From Cyanophora paradoxa CCMP329 (lineage: Eukaryota; Plantae; Glaucophyta), in NCBI GenBank assembly GCA_004431415.1, contig QPMI01000451.1, positions 1 through 64,000 on the forward strand: 64,000 nucleotides of DNA. The letters are read 5' to 3'. Positions 24,233 to 36,205 of this stretch are shown here, piece after piece. Both the position numbers and the translations under genes were made by a program. How positions within the stretch are numbered: the stretch's first letter is position 1; each line of letters opens with the position of its first letter. Under the pieces are notes generated by a model. The model had not been told where the DNA came from. It saw only the letters and a program-made list of their open reading frames with translations, and did no database searches.

Positions 24233-24302
24233 AACATCCATCCATCTGCACCCTCGAGCTCACTGAGTCAGTGTCGTGCTAACATCGCGTGTCGCGTAAA
24301 AA

Positions 24303-24305
<3 letters not shown>

Positions 24306-24365
<60 letters not shown>
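24306..24365. repeat. (TA)n microsatellite
   Basis: About 30 TA units. Confidence 0.95.
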
Positions 24366-24370
<5 letters not shown>

Positions 24371-24834
24371 CGATCGGAATCAGAGTTGCTAATCACGAAA
24401 ACGACCACAAATCTTCCGGCTCTTGCGCTCGGCTGACTGACCGCTCTTCATGGCTGGCTGAGCTCCTGTGGGCGCTCGTCGGGCTTGTTGCTATTACGAC
24501 TTATACAGCTTATAGTTGCACAGCATAAGCTTAATAATCAGCACCCCTCCCCTCCCCTCTCCCTCTACTGACGTTGACAACCGCGACGGGCCCCGATAAA
24601 TAATTCTATATATATGGGGGACGTGCCCTCCAGGAAAACTGCTCCCCTATTTATATTTCCTCTCACCAGCCCTCCCCTCCCCTCTCCTGCCCCACGGACC
24701 CATGGCCACCGACAGCCGCGACGGGCCGCGATGAATAAGGGGGGCGCGAGGAGGGCGGCTGAGGCTTCGCCCGATGTTTGGGACCCGCAGGGGCCCAGGG
24801 CTTACTTTTTTGTTGTACACAAGTGCGCACAAGT

Positions 24835-27800
24835 CTACTTCACGAAGTCAGGGTTTTTCTTCAGGATGACAAAGCCCTCGAGCATCGTTGACAGAGGGAT
24901 ATCTGCAGGATCGACAGCTCAGTGTTGAGTGGCGATATCTGCATTTCGATGTACTTACACTCGTCGGTTGCCAGCTCTGCCCTGTCCCCTGCTCCAACAA
25001 GAACAGGGGTTGTATGCGTTTGGAATCCAGTGATAGTCTTCGGCCGGCCTGCCTGACCAACGGTGTCGACTGCTTGTCCCACGCGAACCTAGTATAAAGA
25101 TATCAGTGTTTTCCTGTCAAGACTGATTCGTCTAAGAGGGACACAGGCAATCGTACCTGAACTGGCAGAGGCTTCAAATCCGTGTCAACGGTTACAAGCA
25201 TTCGAGGGTATACAGCAGCTGAGATAAGGTACAGCAGGTAGTGCCTGCTGCCGAGAATAACTGCGCAAACCCGGATTTACAAACAAATAATGAAATTGAA
25301 AATGATGTTCTTACTGTTCTTGAAGTCCAAGCAAGAGTGCAGGACTGCAAAAAGAGACGCTGCTGCAGTGGAGGACAGCAAAGTCCTCTGGGCATGGTAA
25401 GGAGATATGGAGACGAGACCCTTGCCCATGTGGAGGAGCCCTTGAGCAATGCGAACAATGAACAATTGATTTGCATCTTTGGCGTAGTAAGCTGCCAACT
25501 GCCGCAGAAGCCCAGCACATCGTGCATTGTTGGTTCCAGCACCAATCAGGCCAAGTCCCAGAATGGCGCCTTGGGCAACGTCTGTGTCGAGGTCGTGCGA
25601 GAGCTTGCTGAGAGTGTCCATGGTTTGGATACGGGGATTTGATATGCTGAGGAGACCCAGCGCCAGCGGCACTGCTCTCCTCACGGTCTGCTCCCCATAC
25701 CTACATGAAAGACACGTGCAAAAGTCAGCTGATCTGGTCGCAGACGAATGTAAGCATTCACTCACTGCAAGAGGTGTTCCAACGACCTCATCGCCATTTC
25801 GCTGCCAAGCTCCTCTGCCATCGCTACGAACGCGATGCCCAGAACAGAGGCGGCCATGTGCATCCCAGCCTCCTCTGGATGCTCACCGCAGATGCTCAGG
25901 AACTTCTGAACCTGGAAGACACACTGTAAAGGAACTCTGCAACATTCAGAAATAGAACTGCTTGCCTTCAACACGTTTCCTGTGCCTGCATAAGCGCACG
26001 ACTCCACTGTGATGGCACAGTACTGTGCAATCTTGGGGTTCAACGCCTTGCAGGCCTCCAGGGTGACTTCAGCAGACTCACCCTTGCCTGTCATGCGATC
26101 AGTAGTGCGCTTCATACAAAACCATGTGGGCACGAACCCAAGAAGAGGAGGGCAAGGCCAACTGGAACTAGCCTCGCCATGGCGTCATCAAACTGAGCCT
26201 CCTCGCGCTCCATAAGCGCTTGCAGGATTGTCTCCGTAACATCCGAGTGTGCAGTTCCAACGAAGACCATCCCTATATTCTCGTTAGTGATTGATCTTTT
26301 CGAGAGGTGGCAAACGGACCGAGCGCCAGCGCAGCAATTGCGACTGTCTCGATCGAGTTCTTGGCATCAGCAAGTACAGGCGTCAACAGCTCCAATACTT
26401 CTTGCCGGGAGGTTCCAGCATACGCGAGACCAAGGCTGGAAGACCGATCAGCAGATGCAAACTGAAAAGATGGGCACACTGCGCACCCAAGAATAGCGCC
26501 GAAGCGGATTGAGGGTTTGTCACTTTCGACATGCTCTGTCAGTAGTGCCAGGGCGGGGTCGCAGTCATTCCGAACGCCTGTTGAGACAATGCCGACCGCC
26601 AAAAGAGCGCCAGCCTTCACATAGTCTTCATTCGAGTAAAGGTATTTGTCAATCTGTGTGAGGCCGCCATCCACGTCCCACATCAGAATCATGCCGAGGG
26701 AGGCGGCTGCTGACATCATGCCGTGCTCCTTGTTCTTGTAGAGCCATTTCGTGCCATCCTGGGTCATGAGCTTGTCCTGTCCATAACCCACATTCACAAA
26801 TGCGTTCACGAAGGTCGACGCCAGGTTCTGCCTGGCAGAATCCACATTCGTGGATACATTTTGCCCTGCACATTTTTCACAAATCCATTGAATGAAGTAA
26901 GGGAAACACAGCGTACGTGTTTCGGTTAAATGGGTCTTGTAGATATCTTCAGGTGTCTTGGCCTCGACGACATCGAGATCCCTTGCAAGGGCAAGATATG
27001 ATGCACTCAGCGAAGAATTGTTCATAATTTCCGTGAACGAATCGTCTCCGCATTCGATTCGAAGCCCCTTCCTTCCCAAGAGATACGCAAGCTGCTTCTT
27101 CACGTCCCTGAGGGTCGCAGGCAGCGAGTTAGACCATTGCGAAATGAACTCTACACGCTTACCGATCCTGGCAGCTTTCAAAAGTTTCCTTGACGAGGTT
27201 CATGTCCCCAAGCCGAACAGCAGTGTGAAGCGCATCTGGGTACTTGCGCAGCTTCGAGAATATTGAGTAGCAGATCTTGTACATGTTCGCGTCCTCCGGC
27301 TCTGCGGCATACGAGGCGCAGCTCATCAAGTACAAGGTAATCCGCCCGAAGTTGTTGTCGTCAACATGATCCAGAATTTTGTCCAGCATCTGCCCACGTG
27401 CATACAAATCGATTGAGGCGACGAAGAGCGCGCCCACGTTAGACATGTCGCACCTCAACTTCAAGCAACAGATCACACGCTTCCGGTTCTGCGTTGTGCT
27501 GCACGTGGAACGGCACTATCTCGTCGATAAGGCGAACAAGGTCCTCCGTCGACTTCTTCGCTTCGACACGAGCCGAGAACTCGCCCGCTACCTGACCAGC
27601 CAAACCGCTGCACGGCATGAATGCTCTCCTAGATCGCACAAACCGCACAGCATCTTGCGTACCGAACGTACTCGTGCCCCCATTCGCCTACGTTCGCCGT
27701 GGAGCCTTCCAACTTGAAGTTCAGCGCGTCGCGGATGCCATCTTGAGGCAAAGTTACTGCGAGCATGGATAGGAGATCCGCCAGGCGTTTCTGTGTTCTG

Positions 27801-28264
27801 TCAATAGACTTGCAGATGCGGGACAGCGTATGAGCGCGCACCCTCGTGTCAGACGGCGCGGACGCCGCGTAGAAAGTTTTGAGAGTTTCGTAGTGCGGGC
27901 GCAGAAACTTGAGAGGCCGCGGCACGGAGGTCATTGATGATGTCGCAGACTTGATCTCCTTGGCGACGGTCTCCAGCGCCAGGTTCGCAACATTCCGGTC
28001 CGCATCCTGAATGCGCTGCACTAGGAGCTCAATCTCCGCCTTCTTCTGCAAGTCCTCTTCCGACTGCAGCGCGGTGCGGTCAGAACGACCATTCCACGCT
28101 CCCCGGGGGGCATTTGCGAGAGCCAGCGGTGTACGTGCGCGTGCATTGCTAGTCGCATGCGGAGGAACAGCGCAGCACCGCGCACGTACCAATTCCTCCG
28201 GCTTCTTCTCCGGCTTCTTGACATCCTTCGTCTGCGACTTGTCCTCTTTCTCCGGGACTGCCAT
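24835..28264 (-). CDS. RPN1: 26S proteasome regulatory subunit RPN1/PSMD2, multi-exon
   Basis: [87 protein letters not shown]. Confidence 0.97.
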
Positions 28265-29707
28265 ATTTACAGAGAGCGCGCTTGCTAGAGCGCTAGCGTG
28301 CCACCCCGATGCGAACCGCTCTGTCAAGCAGACTCAAGCTGACGCCAGGGGTACGCTGCCACGGTGGTCAGCGAGTTCGCCTCATGATCAACCGAACCCG
28401 GCCGCTGTCGACGTCGACGTACGCGTACGCGTAGAGATAGACAATCCTCAAGATGAGCCGAGTCGGACCGCCGCTAGCGATATATCGAATGAAGCTACTA
28501 GTACTAGGCTACGTATACGTAAATATACGTCACGGCGTATACGTACTACTACTACGGTATACTTCAAGGCTTAATTAGCGCTTCGAATTCGCTAAGCGGG
28601 AAAAGATAATTTCGTAACGGATTGTAAATATAAGCAATTCTTCTTACGCGCGAAATGCTAATTTGAATTCGAAGACTCTGAGATTAAGTTTCCGTGCGTA
28701 AGCTACACTACAGCCGTAAACTCCGCGTTGCGTTTGTGATGCGGTATACGTAGCCCCGGGGGGCCTGCGCCCGAGCAGGCTCAGCTACAGCGGCTGCGGC
28801 GCTGGCCGCTGGGAGCTCCGGGGCTACGCGGTTTTCTTCCGAGGCTCAGGATCAGTGCGATTTCCCGTGCGTAAGCTACAAGTAAGCTACACGCAATTGC
28901 AAGCTCCGAGCTCCGAGGCTCGAGGCCAAGCTTCCTCGGGACCGACTTTGCCTCCAGGCCTAGGGCCGTTTCCCGCAGTCCGACGGTCGCCAGCTACGTA
29001 GTGAATATTAGCTAGCGCTGGGGGAAAAAACTATGATGGCCAAAGTATGCATATATGATGTGTTGTGTGGGTGCCGCTCACTCCGATATTCGTAGTGAAG
29101 CGGCTCCCATGGCCACCGACACTGGAAAGATAGGCCCTCCGGATCCTAATTATAAGCCCTTGAAGCTCGTAGCTTACGTATCGCGGGAGTTAATCCGGCC
29201 AAAGTCTTGTGGGGGCGGGGGTCGTCTTGGGGCCTGGGGCCTGAGATGTATTCAGCCTGCGGTGGGCGCCGGTGCTTGCACAAGCGTATACGTACACGAA
29301 GCCAGCACTCAGTGTGACTCAGAGGAGCAGAGCGTCGATATCGATATTGGGATCATTGGATGTATATATATATACCTCAGCAGACGGGAGCCCGGCGGCG
29401 CCAGCGCCGGCGCGGCCCGGCCCGGGATCGGATCCCTACTAGGCTAGTTCCGAAGTCCCTTATATAAGTGGGCTCTTGCCAAAGGTCGAGCTCTCGAGCT
29501 TGCCCTTTCGCTGTCAATGCATTGTTAACCCTCGGAGGTTGCATGAGTCACGCGTCACGGAGGTTTGGGTGTTATATTGCGATCAGGGACGCGCTGCACT
29601 AACAGGGGGGCTAGCACTAACTGGCGCGGGGAGTAACACGTCCGACGTACCCCTCGGGGCCTCCGGCCTCTAACTATGCTCAGGCTCTAACTGAATGCTG
29701 TACCCCC

Positions 29708-30430
29708 TCACTGGCCGAAGTGCGACGGTCCCCACTCGAGGTCGGGGTCGGGCCTTGGGGGCCTCCGGCGGGGTACGATGCTCCCGCTTGCCAGCTCCAT
29801 GTACTCCCCCACGGGGTTGTCTTCGTCTGCGAGGTCCTTATAGTTGCCCTTTACGAGATCCGCTGCCGCTTTGCGCCAGCGAACGGCCACGTTGTACGTG
29901 TTGTCGATGATGTTCTGCACCGTACCCTCCATGGGTATTAGGGATAGCCTATAGTCGAGGTTTCTCTTACGCAGGTTCAATTCCCTTTCGTAGTACTCCA
30001 CTGCGTCTGGGAGGGCCCTGAGCTCCACCGCGTGCTCGCCCGGGTCCGACGAGCTAATGAGCCCGGAGCGCTGCAGTGCGTTCACAGCCGCCCGCAACAC
30101 GATTTTGCCTACCCCCCGCATCGAATCCCTCTGCTCGGGCGTCCCGTATCCCCCCTGCGGCCCGTAATCGTTGTAGTAGCTTTCTATTTCGACGGTGGCT
30201 GGCTTATTGCCGACCTGAGGCTTGACAAAGCCGTACACCCATGCCATGGCGTCATTGTCCGCTGAGCGGGCTTTCTTGGAAGGGGGCGGCAGCACTTCGA
30301 TTTTGAACTCCCTGGTCCGTCGGTTGACGAGTGTTTTTAGATTGAGGGGGAGGCGCGTATCCCCGAATTTATCAGGAAAGAGGCGGTGTAGCTTAAACCA
30401 CGCTTCCTGATCACCGTAGGTGTACGACAT
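29708..30430 (-). CDS. GNAT-like acetyltransferase, intronless (240 aa)
   Basis: MRGVGKIVLRAAV (acetyl-CoA motif A) and VELRALPDAVEYYERELNL (motif B-like). Confidence 0.6.
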   Translation of the reverse strand: MSYTYGDQEAWFKLHRLFPDKFGDTRLPLNLKTLVNRRTREFKIEVLPPPSKKARSADNDAMAWVYGFVKPQVGNKPATVEIESYYNDYGPQGGYGTPEQRDSMRGVGKIVLRAAVNALQRSGLISSSDPGEHAVELRALPDAVEYYERELNLRKRNLDYRLSLIPMEGTVQNIIDNTYNVAVRWRKAAADLVKGNYKDLADEDNPVGEYMELASGSIVPRRRPPRPDPDLEWGPSHFGQ

Positions 30431-30467
30431 TTGCTCGCGGCTCGCTGAGAATTTATACCTGTACCCC

Positions 30468-31238
30468 CTACTCGCGGTCGGGGTACCTGTCGCCGGGCAT
30501 CAGCCTCGCGCGCTTGCGCAGCTCCGCCTCCCCGGGTAGCCAGTTCTTCGGGTCGTTGCTCCACTCCTCCCATTCGCGTATGTCCCGTCTGACGTCACGC
30601 GGGGCGGGGGCGTTTATCGGTGGGGCGGACGGGGCTGGCAGGGCCTGGCGCGGGGGGTTGAGGCCCCTGTTCCACGAGTACTCGGGGTACTCTTCCCATC
30701 CCAGGGGTACCAGATTCATCGGAATTGGCTCAACTTCGAATTGGGGCTTTTTGACGTGATAATCATAGTTTGTGACATACGCCGTCACAGCCGAGCGCAA
30801 GCGCGAGAGGTCGCGCAAATTTACGTCGTCCCATTGCGAGTCCCTTGCCTTCGCGTACCACTCGAGGATTTGCATGCGAATGTGGTCCGGGAGGGTCGAG
30901 AGTATGCTGAGCTTGGAGCCCAGGGCGAACCAGATGCGCTTGAACTCGTCGATAATCCTGCCCTCGTCGTGGCTCCGAAAGTAATGGGCACCGCCAGCGT
31001 TGTGATGCGAATCGAGCCACCCTGCCTGGGCCAGCTCTAGCACCGGCCAGGGTTGGCGCTGTCGATTCGGTCGCGAGGCCCGCTCAACCACCCAGCGTCT
31101 AAGGTCCTTGACCTGATCTATGAACTGTGCGCCGCCACTACCCTTGTCTGGTTGGTTCACTGTCGATTGTGCTTCGGGCCTTCGGGTCCTTCGCCTTTCG
31201 TCAAAACCGCACAACCGGCTTGGGCGTGTCTTATACAT
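30468..31238 (-). CDS. Hypothetical intronless protein (256 aa, Trp-rich)
   Basis: Clean ORF with protein-like composition, 37 bp from the next gene. Confidence 0.7.
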   Translation of the reverse strand: MYKTRPSRLCGFDERRRTRRPEAQSTVNQPDKGSGGAQFIDQVKDLRRWVVERASRPNRQRQPWPVLELAQAGWLDSHHNAGGAHYFRSHDEGRIIDEFKRIWFALGSKLSILSTLPDHIRMQILEWYAKARDSQWDDVNLRDLSRLRSAVTAYVTNYDYHVKKPQFEVEPIPMNLVPLGWEEYPEYSWNRGLNPPRQALPAPSAPPINAPAPRDVRRDIREWEEWSNDPKNWLPGEAELRKRARLMPGDRYPDRE

Positions 31239-31352
31239 ACTCTTCTTCTTCTTCTTCGAACTGTGCGATCACGTCCTTGGGCGCTTCCTCTGCATCCGAC
31301 ATTTGTAATTGCACACATCAAGAAATTCTAAACGCTACTGCGAGGCTAAGCT

Positions 31353-32042
31353 ATGCATACCGATACAGATTGCGAGACTTTGCAACAGGGGAGCGCGGCG
31401 TGGCACGCGGCGCGCCGTGAAAAACTAACTGCATCTAATTTTGCGGCTGCGTGCGGCATAAACCCCTGGAAATCCAGGGCCCGCCTGTGGGCGGAGCTAA
31501 GCGGGATAGCGGAGGAAAACAACTTTGACAACCCTGCCCTAACCTATGGGCATGATTATGAGCCCTTCGCGGTCTCTATCTACAAGGCACTGAACGATAA
31601 CGTTGACATTAAACATACTGGACTGCACGAACATAAAGAAATGCCGTTCCTCGCCGGTAGCCCCGACGGACTTATAGGAAATGATAGAATTTTAGAGGTG
31701 AAATGCCCGTACAAGGGCGAACTTTATGATAGAGTTCCTACTTATTACATGCCGCAGTTACAAGGACTTCTGGACATAACGGGCCGCGAGTGGGCCGAAC
31801 TTTTTTGCTTCACTCCTCTGCGCGTGCAAACGTGGTACGTCAGGCGCGACGAGAGGTACATCGAGCTCATGAGGAAGTGCTTACATCTATTTTGGATGCA
31901 CGTCAAGGAGGGCACGCCGCCCGAGCCCTACAGCGATCGAATGAAGTTAGAGAACCTCAGCGAGGAGCAGGCGGCGCTGCGCGAGTTTAAGTCGTACGCC
32001 CTCCTCTCAGAGTCTAGGCAGACTACTTCTGTCCCAGGCTAG
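31353..32042 (+). CDS. YqaJ/lambda-exonuclease-family viral recombinase
   Basis: QGSAAWHAARREKLTAS, GHDYE, LAGSPDGL, LEVKCPY, YMPQLQG motifs all intact. Confidence 0.95.
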   Translation: MHTDTDCETLQQGSAAWHAARREKLTASNFAAACGINPWKSRARLWAELSGIAEENNFDNPALTYGHDYEPFAVSIYKALNDNVDIKHTGLHEHKEMPFLAGSPDGLIGNDRILEVKCPYKGELYDRVPTYYMPQLQGLLDITGREWAELFCFTPLRVQTWYVRRDERYIELMRKCLHLFWMHVKEGTPPEPYSDRMKLENLSEEQAALREFKSYALLSESRQTTSVPG

Positions 32043-32551
32043 GTCTTTGGAATCTTAATATAAATTTTCCGGGACCCGGGACAGGCCTTGTCGGACATGG
32101 CAATGTCAGAACCTTCCCGATCATCTAGATCTATAATGATTCTAGGGAGGGTCCAGACACATCTCTTGTGCGGACCACTTCTGTCCCAGGTCTTTGGAAT
32201 CTTAATATAAATTTTCCAGGGACCCGGGACAGGCCTCGTCGAACAAACCTCTTCATGGGCCAAGATTTCGTGCATGCATCGGCCGCAGCTCATGCGAAAA
32301 ATCATGTCTGATCCGATCCTGATCATGACGTCCTGCAAATTGAAGAATCGTCTGACCGGGAGTGTCCCGGGTCCCTGGAAATTTTATATTAAGATTCCAG
32401 AGACCCGGGACAGATCTACCTAGAGGGAACATCCAAAATGCTGTACCCCTCCCACCCCGTGATCTTTCGAATTCAATCTGATGGGCCGACCTGAGTGACG
32501 GTGTCCTGGGTCCCCGGAAAGTTTATATTAAGATTCCAAGGACCTGGGACA
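32030..32551. repeat. Four 50-bp imperfect palindromes: 32030-32083 and 32182-32231 forward; 32363-32412 and 32502-32551 inverted
   Basis: Consensus TGTCCCAGGTCTTTGGAA-TCTTAATATAAATT-TTCCAGGGACCCGGGACA. Confidence 0.95.
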
Positions 32552-32617
32552 AGAGCAATGCATTTTCGCACGACGTTGACATAGCCTGATCACGAGAGAA
32601 AAATGTACCCCGATCTA

Positions 32618-35600
32618 TCAAATCCGCCGATGGAGCAGCGAGTAGCAGTCGCAGAACAGATCTTTCACCTCCAAGTAATCCGGCCCCACGCCAGCCCAGC
32701 GCTGCCTTGCTTGGCGCTCTGCAACATCTTCGAGAGTGTCTTCCTTGACCCACGTGATGCACTTGCGCTTGCGAGAGCCGGCGCCCTCCTGCCCTTCTCG
32801 GGTCCGTTTTTCCCGGACCGGGCCCGTCTCACCCCCATGTACTTTTCGAGCAGGTACTGAATCACCCGCCACGACTGCTGCGCAAGCTTGGCCTTCTCAT
32901 TGTCCGATGCATCGAGTTTAGGGGCCCGCTCGTCCAGACTCTGCAGCACCGCGTAAGCCTCCCGGCCCTCCGGTGATGCGAGCGCCGCGTAGGCTTCGTC
33001 CGACCAAAGCATACAGCTGTCGCCGGCCAGCTTCTCGTACCCCGGCCCAAAAGTCGCTTGAAAAGCTCCGCAACCTTCGAGACCCTGTGGTACTCAGTAG
33101 ACGAGGCGATCTCGGCCATGTCGCCGCCGCGCTTCAGCACAAGGATGATCCGCGACATCAGCGGGATCGAGTAGAATGACTTCCACAGCCAGGCCACGTC
33201 GCTCTCGGTCAGCGCGCTTGCGTCCTTGGCCAGGAACGCAGCGGTCGCTAGGCGCGCGAGTGCAGCAACCTTCTCCACGTCGACCTTAGCAAGCGAATCG
33301 CGCGAATGCCACCAGGAGTCCAGCAGCATGTACAGTTCGGTGATGTCCAGGGGCGGAGACTCGAGTACGTACTTGATCTCGCGCTGCCGCTGCTCCTTCT
33401 CCTCTTTCGGCCCCTTGTTTCCCTGATCCTCCGTGACCCGCACGTTCATCACGGCGCAGGTCGACAGCAGCCGCAGCCGCGCGGCCACGGCGAGGCGCCG
33501 CGTCGGCATGCCGGCCCGCCGACTCCCGTGATGGCTCGCCTTCAAGTCCAGATAGCGCTGCGTGTCTGCAGTGCTAGCTCTCTCATCATCGCTCTCACGC
33601 CAGTGCGCGGTCGCCTCGCCCACGCTGACGGAGGGCGCGGACGCGCGGCTCTTGCGCACGGCGACGAGCAGGTGCTCTCCGCCGGGCGGCTCGCCGCGCC
33701 TGCGCAGCTTTCTCACTCGGAACAGCAGCTGCACGATGTCGTCGGCCTCTAGCTGCGCGGGTTCGGCCTGGAAAACGCCGTAGATCTTGTCAAAGTGCGC
33801 TTCCGGAAAGTCCACGCCCGCCCCGAGCGCGGACGTCGCGATGAGCACGTCGCAGGCCTTGTACGCGCCCTCCTCCGAGACGTCGATCGACACTACGCGG
33901 ACCGGGCCCTCGTTCGTGAAGCGCACGCTCTTCTCCTTCGCCTGCCCAACGATGAGCCCAATTGTGAACGGTGCGCCGCTGCCGTCCTCGGGCCCTGCCT
34001 CGAGCTGAGTCACGTACTGAGCGCCGCCCAGGCTGAGCTGCTCCAGCGCCTGCTTCGAAATCTTGTCTGCTAGCTCATTCGCCTTGGCCGGCGTCTCCGC
34101 GATGATCATGGCCCGCGAGCGCCCAGGTCGGCACTGCACCATGATGTCCTTCTCGACGTGCGCCGGGCTGTCTGACACGCGCATCTTCCAGTCGCAGGTC
34201 CGGCGCGAGTTGTGCAGGAGCCCAAGGCGCGCCCCGCGCTCCAGCGCGGACTCCGCGAGGTACGCGAGATCGACCGGCCGGACGAAGCCGTCCATCGCCA
34301 CGATGCGCGAGGCCTTCATCACGTTTCGCATTAGCTGCACGCAGCGCGCGTTTCGGGCATTGACCGCACGCCCATGTGCAGGCCGGCGGGTTCGAGGGTG
34401 CCGCTCGAAGTGAGGTGCTTCGTGAGGGAGGAGAGCTCGTCCAGCACGATCATCAGCGGCGCAGTCGACCAGCCCGCCCAGTCCTCAAGTACCTTGTGCA
34501 GCGAGTCGATCGTGATGACGACGCACCTGCACTTCGGATGGCGGTAGCCCCACTTGCCGTGCGTCCCATTTGAGCTCTCCGGCGGCTTCTGAATGTCCAT
34601 GTACAGCACGGCGTCCTCAGGCAGGCCCACGTCATCCAGGCGGCGCTTCAGGTCGCGGGAGAAGGCGCGGCGGCAGGTCAAGAGGATCACGCGCCAGCCC
34701 CCTCGAGGGCTGGCTTCAGGTACGTCTCGATGAGGGCCTGCGTCTTCCCCGTGTTGAGGCCCGAGCAGATGACGTCGACCTGGGCGGCCCCGGCTCCAGC
34801 GGACCGAACGTGGAGGTGAGCAGCCCTGGATCGCGCGTCAGGTAGTCCGTATCCACGACCTTCACGCAGTGCGGTGTCAGGCCCGTCGATTCGAGTGCGA
34901 TCAGGAGCGACGGGAGGGCCACGTCGAGCGCCACGGGCTGGGACGGGTCCGTCACGTAAGACGCCGCCGTCTCGCTGCAGCTCCCGTCTCCAGCTCCCCC
35001 TCCTGCTCCACCTCGACACCGTGCGCCCGAATCGCGATTCTGAGGGCCGGCGATCCTGGCTGATCGCTCATCTTCAGGGTGATTGTTCCGTCGGGCTCGA
35101 CTGCAATGTCTTGAACGCGGCGGGGGTCATTCAGGCTGATCTCAGTGCGCAACGCCGCCCCGCCCGCCAGATCTCGTCCCTCACCAGCTTGTTCTCGCGC
35201 AGGAGGCTCAGGAACCGATCGAAGTCCGGGAGCGGAGCCTGGGCGTCGCCCGTCAAGCTCAGCGGGGGTGGGGCGGCTCCTTGCGGGGGAGGAGCTCCTG
35301 GCGCCGCAGTCCCGAGCAAGCCCCCGAGCTGCGGCGCCCTGCGGCCCTGCGCCACCCCCTGCGCCGATCCCTGCGTCGGCCCCTGCAGGACGTAGGCTCC
35401 TGTGTCGTCCCCCCCGAGCTCCAGGCCGCTAGATGTCCCCAGCAGCCAGGTCGCAAAGGCGCAGGCCTCCGGGCTCTGCAGGACGTAGGCAGCCTTGAGC
35501 CCGTTGTGCGATGTTCGAGAGAAAGTGAGGCCTCCGAAGCTCTCCGCGCATGCACGGGCGGCCGCGGTGCTCGTCTCGTCTTCCGCGTCGGAGAAGTGCT

Positions 35601-35780
35601 TGGACATGATGTGCGGCGGGTGAAAGATACAGAAGACCATTCCGAGATCAGCGCTGCAGACCTTCTGGACGCAGACGAGGGGAAGCGAGTGAAGAAAAGC
35701 TCTTCTTGCGGGCTCAGGTCCACGGGAGTTACCCCCGGCAGACGGGAGAGTAGACTGTCGGAGCACGTCGAGGTGGCCAT
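32618..35780 (-). pseudogene. UL9-like replication origin-binding SF2 helicase, split by about six or more frameshifts
   Basis: GLNTGKT, LTCRRAFSRDL, ITIDSLHKV, IVLDELSS, RIVAMDG, ATSALGAGVDF..HFDKIY and VQLLFRVRKL match UL9-family motifs in order. Confidence 0.85.
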
Positions 35781-35902
35781 GCTCTCGGGTTAGGCCTGCT
35801 GTTTCGTGTTAGGCTTGGAAAATTTTCAGTGGCACCGGCCGGAAACTGCACACCTTGAGAACTCGAACTCGAACTCCAAGGCTCGGTGAATTGGCGCTAG
35901 CT

Positions 35903-36205
35903 GCACTGTCGACGTCGACTGTCGGACCGTCGACGTCGGACTTCGGATGTCTCGTCTTCTGTCCCAGGTCTTTGGAATCTTAATATAAATTTTCCAGGGA
36001 CCCGGGACACTCTGGTCTGACGACGCTGCAGCTCGAAGCGCTCAACTGGGTCCGCACTGTCGACGTCGACTGTCGGACCGTCGACGTCGGACTTCGGATG
36101 TCTCGTCTTCTGTCCCAGGTCTTTGGAATCTTAATATAAATTTTCCAGGGACCCGGGACACTCTGGTCTGACGACGCTGCAGCTCGAAGCGCTCAACTGG
36201 GTCCG
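35903..36205. repeat. Tandem ~151-bp duplication, each unit carrying the 50-bp palindrome (35960-36009, 36111-36160)
   Basis: Direct sequence identity between the two units and with the 32.0-32.5 kb palindromes. Confidence 0.95.

Noticed and set aside
32039-32338. ORF with repeated KIYIKIPKT
   Set aside because: It is only the translation of the palindromic DNA repeat.
32030-32551. CRISPR array interpretation of the 50-bp repeats
   Set aside because: Orientations are mixed, spacers are ~90-130 bp, no cas genes are present and the context is eukaryotic.
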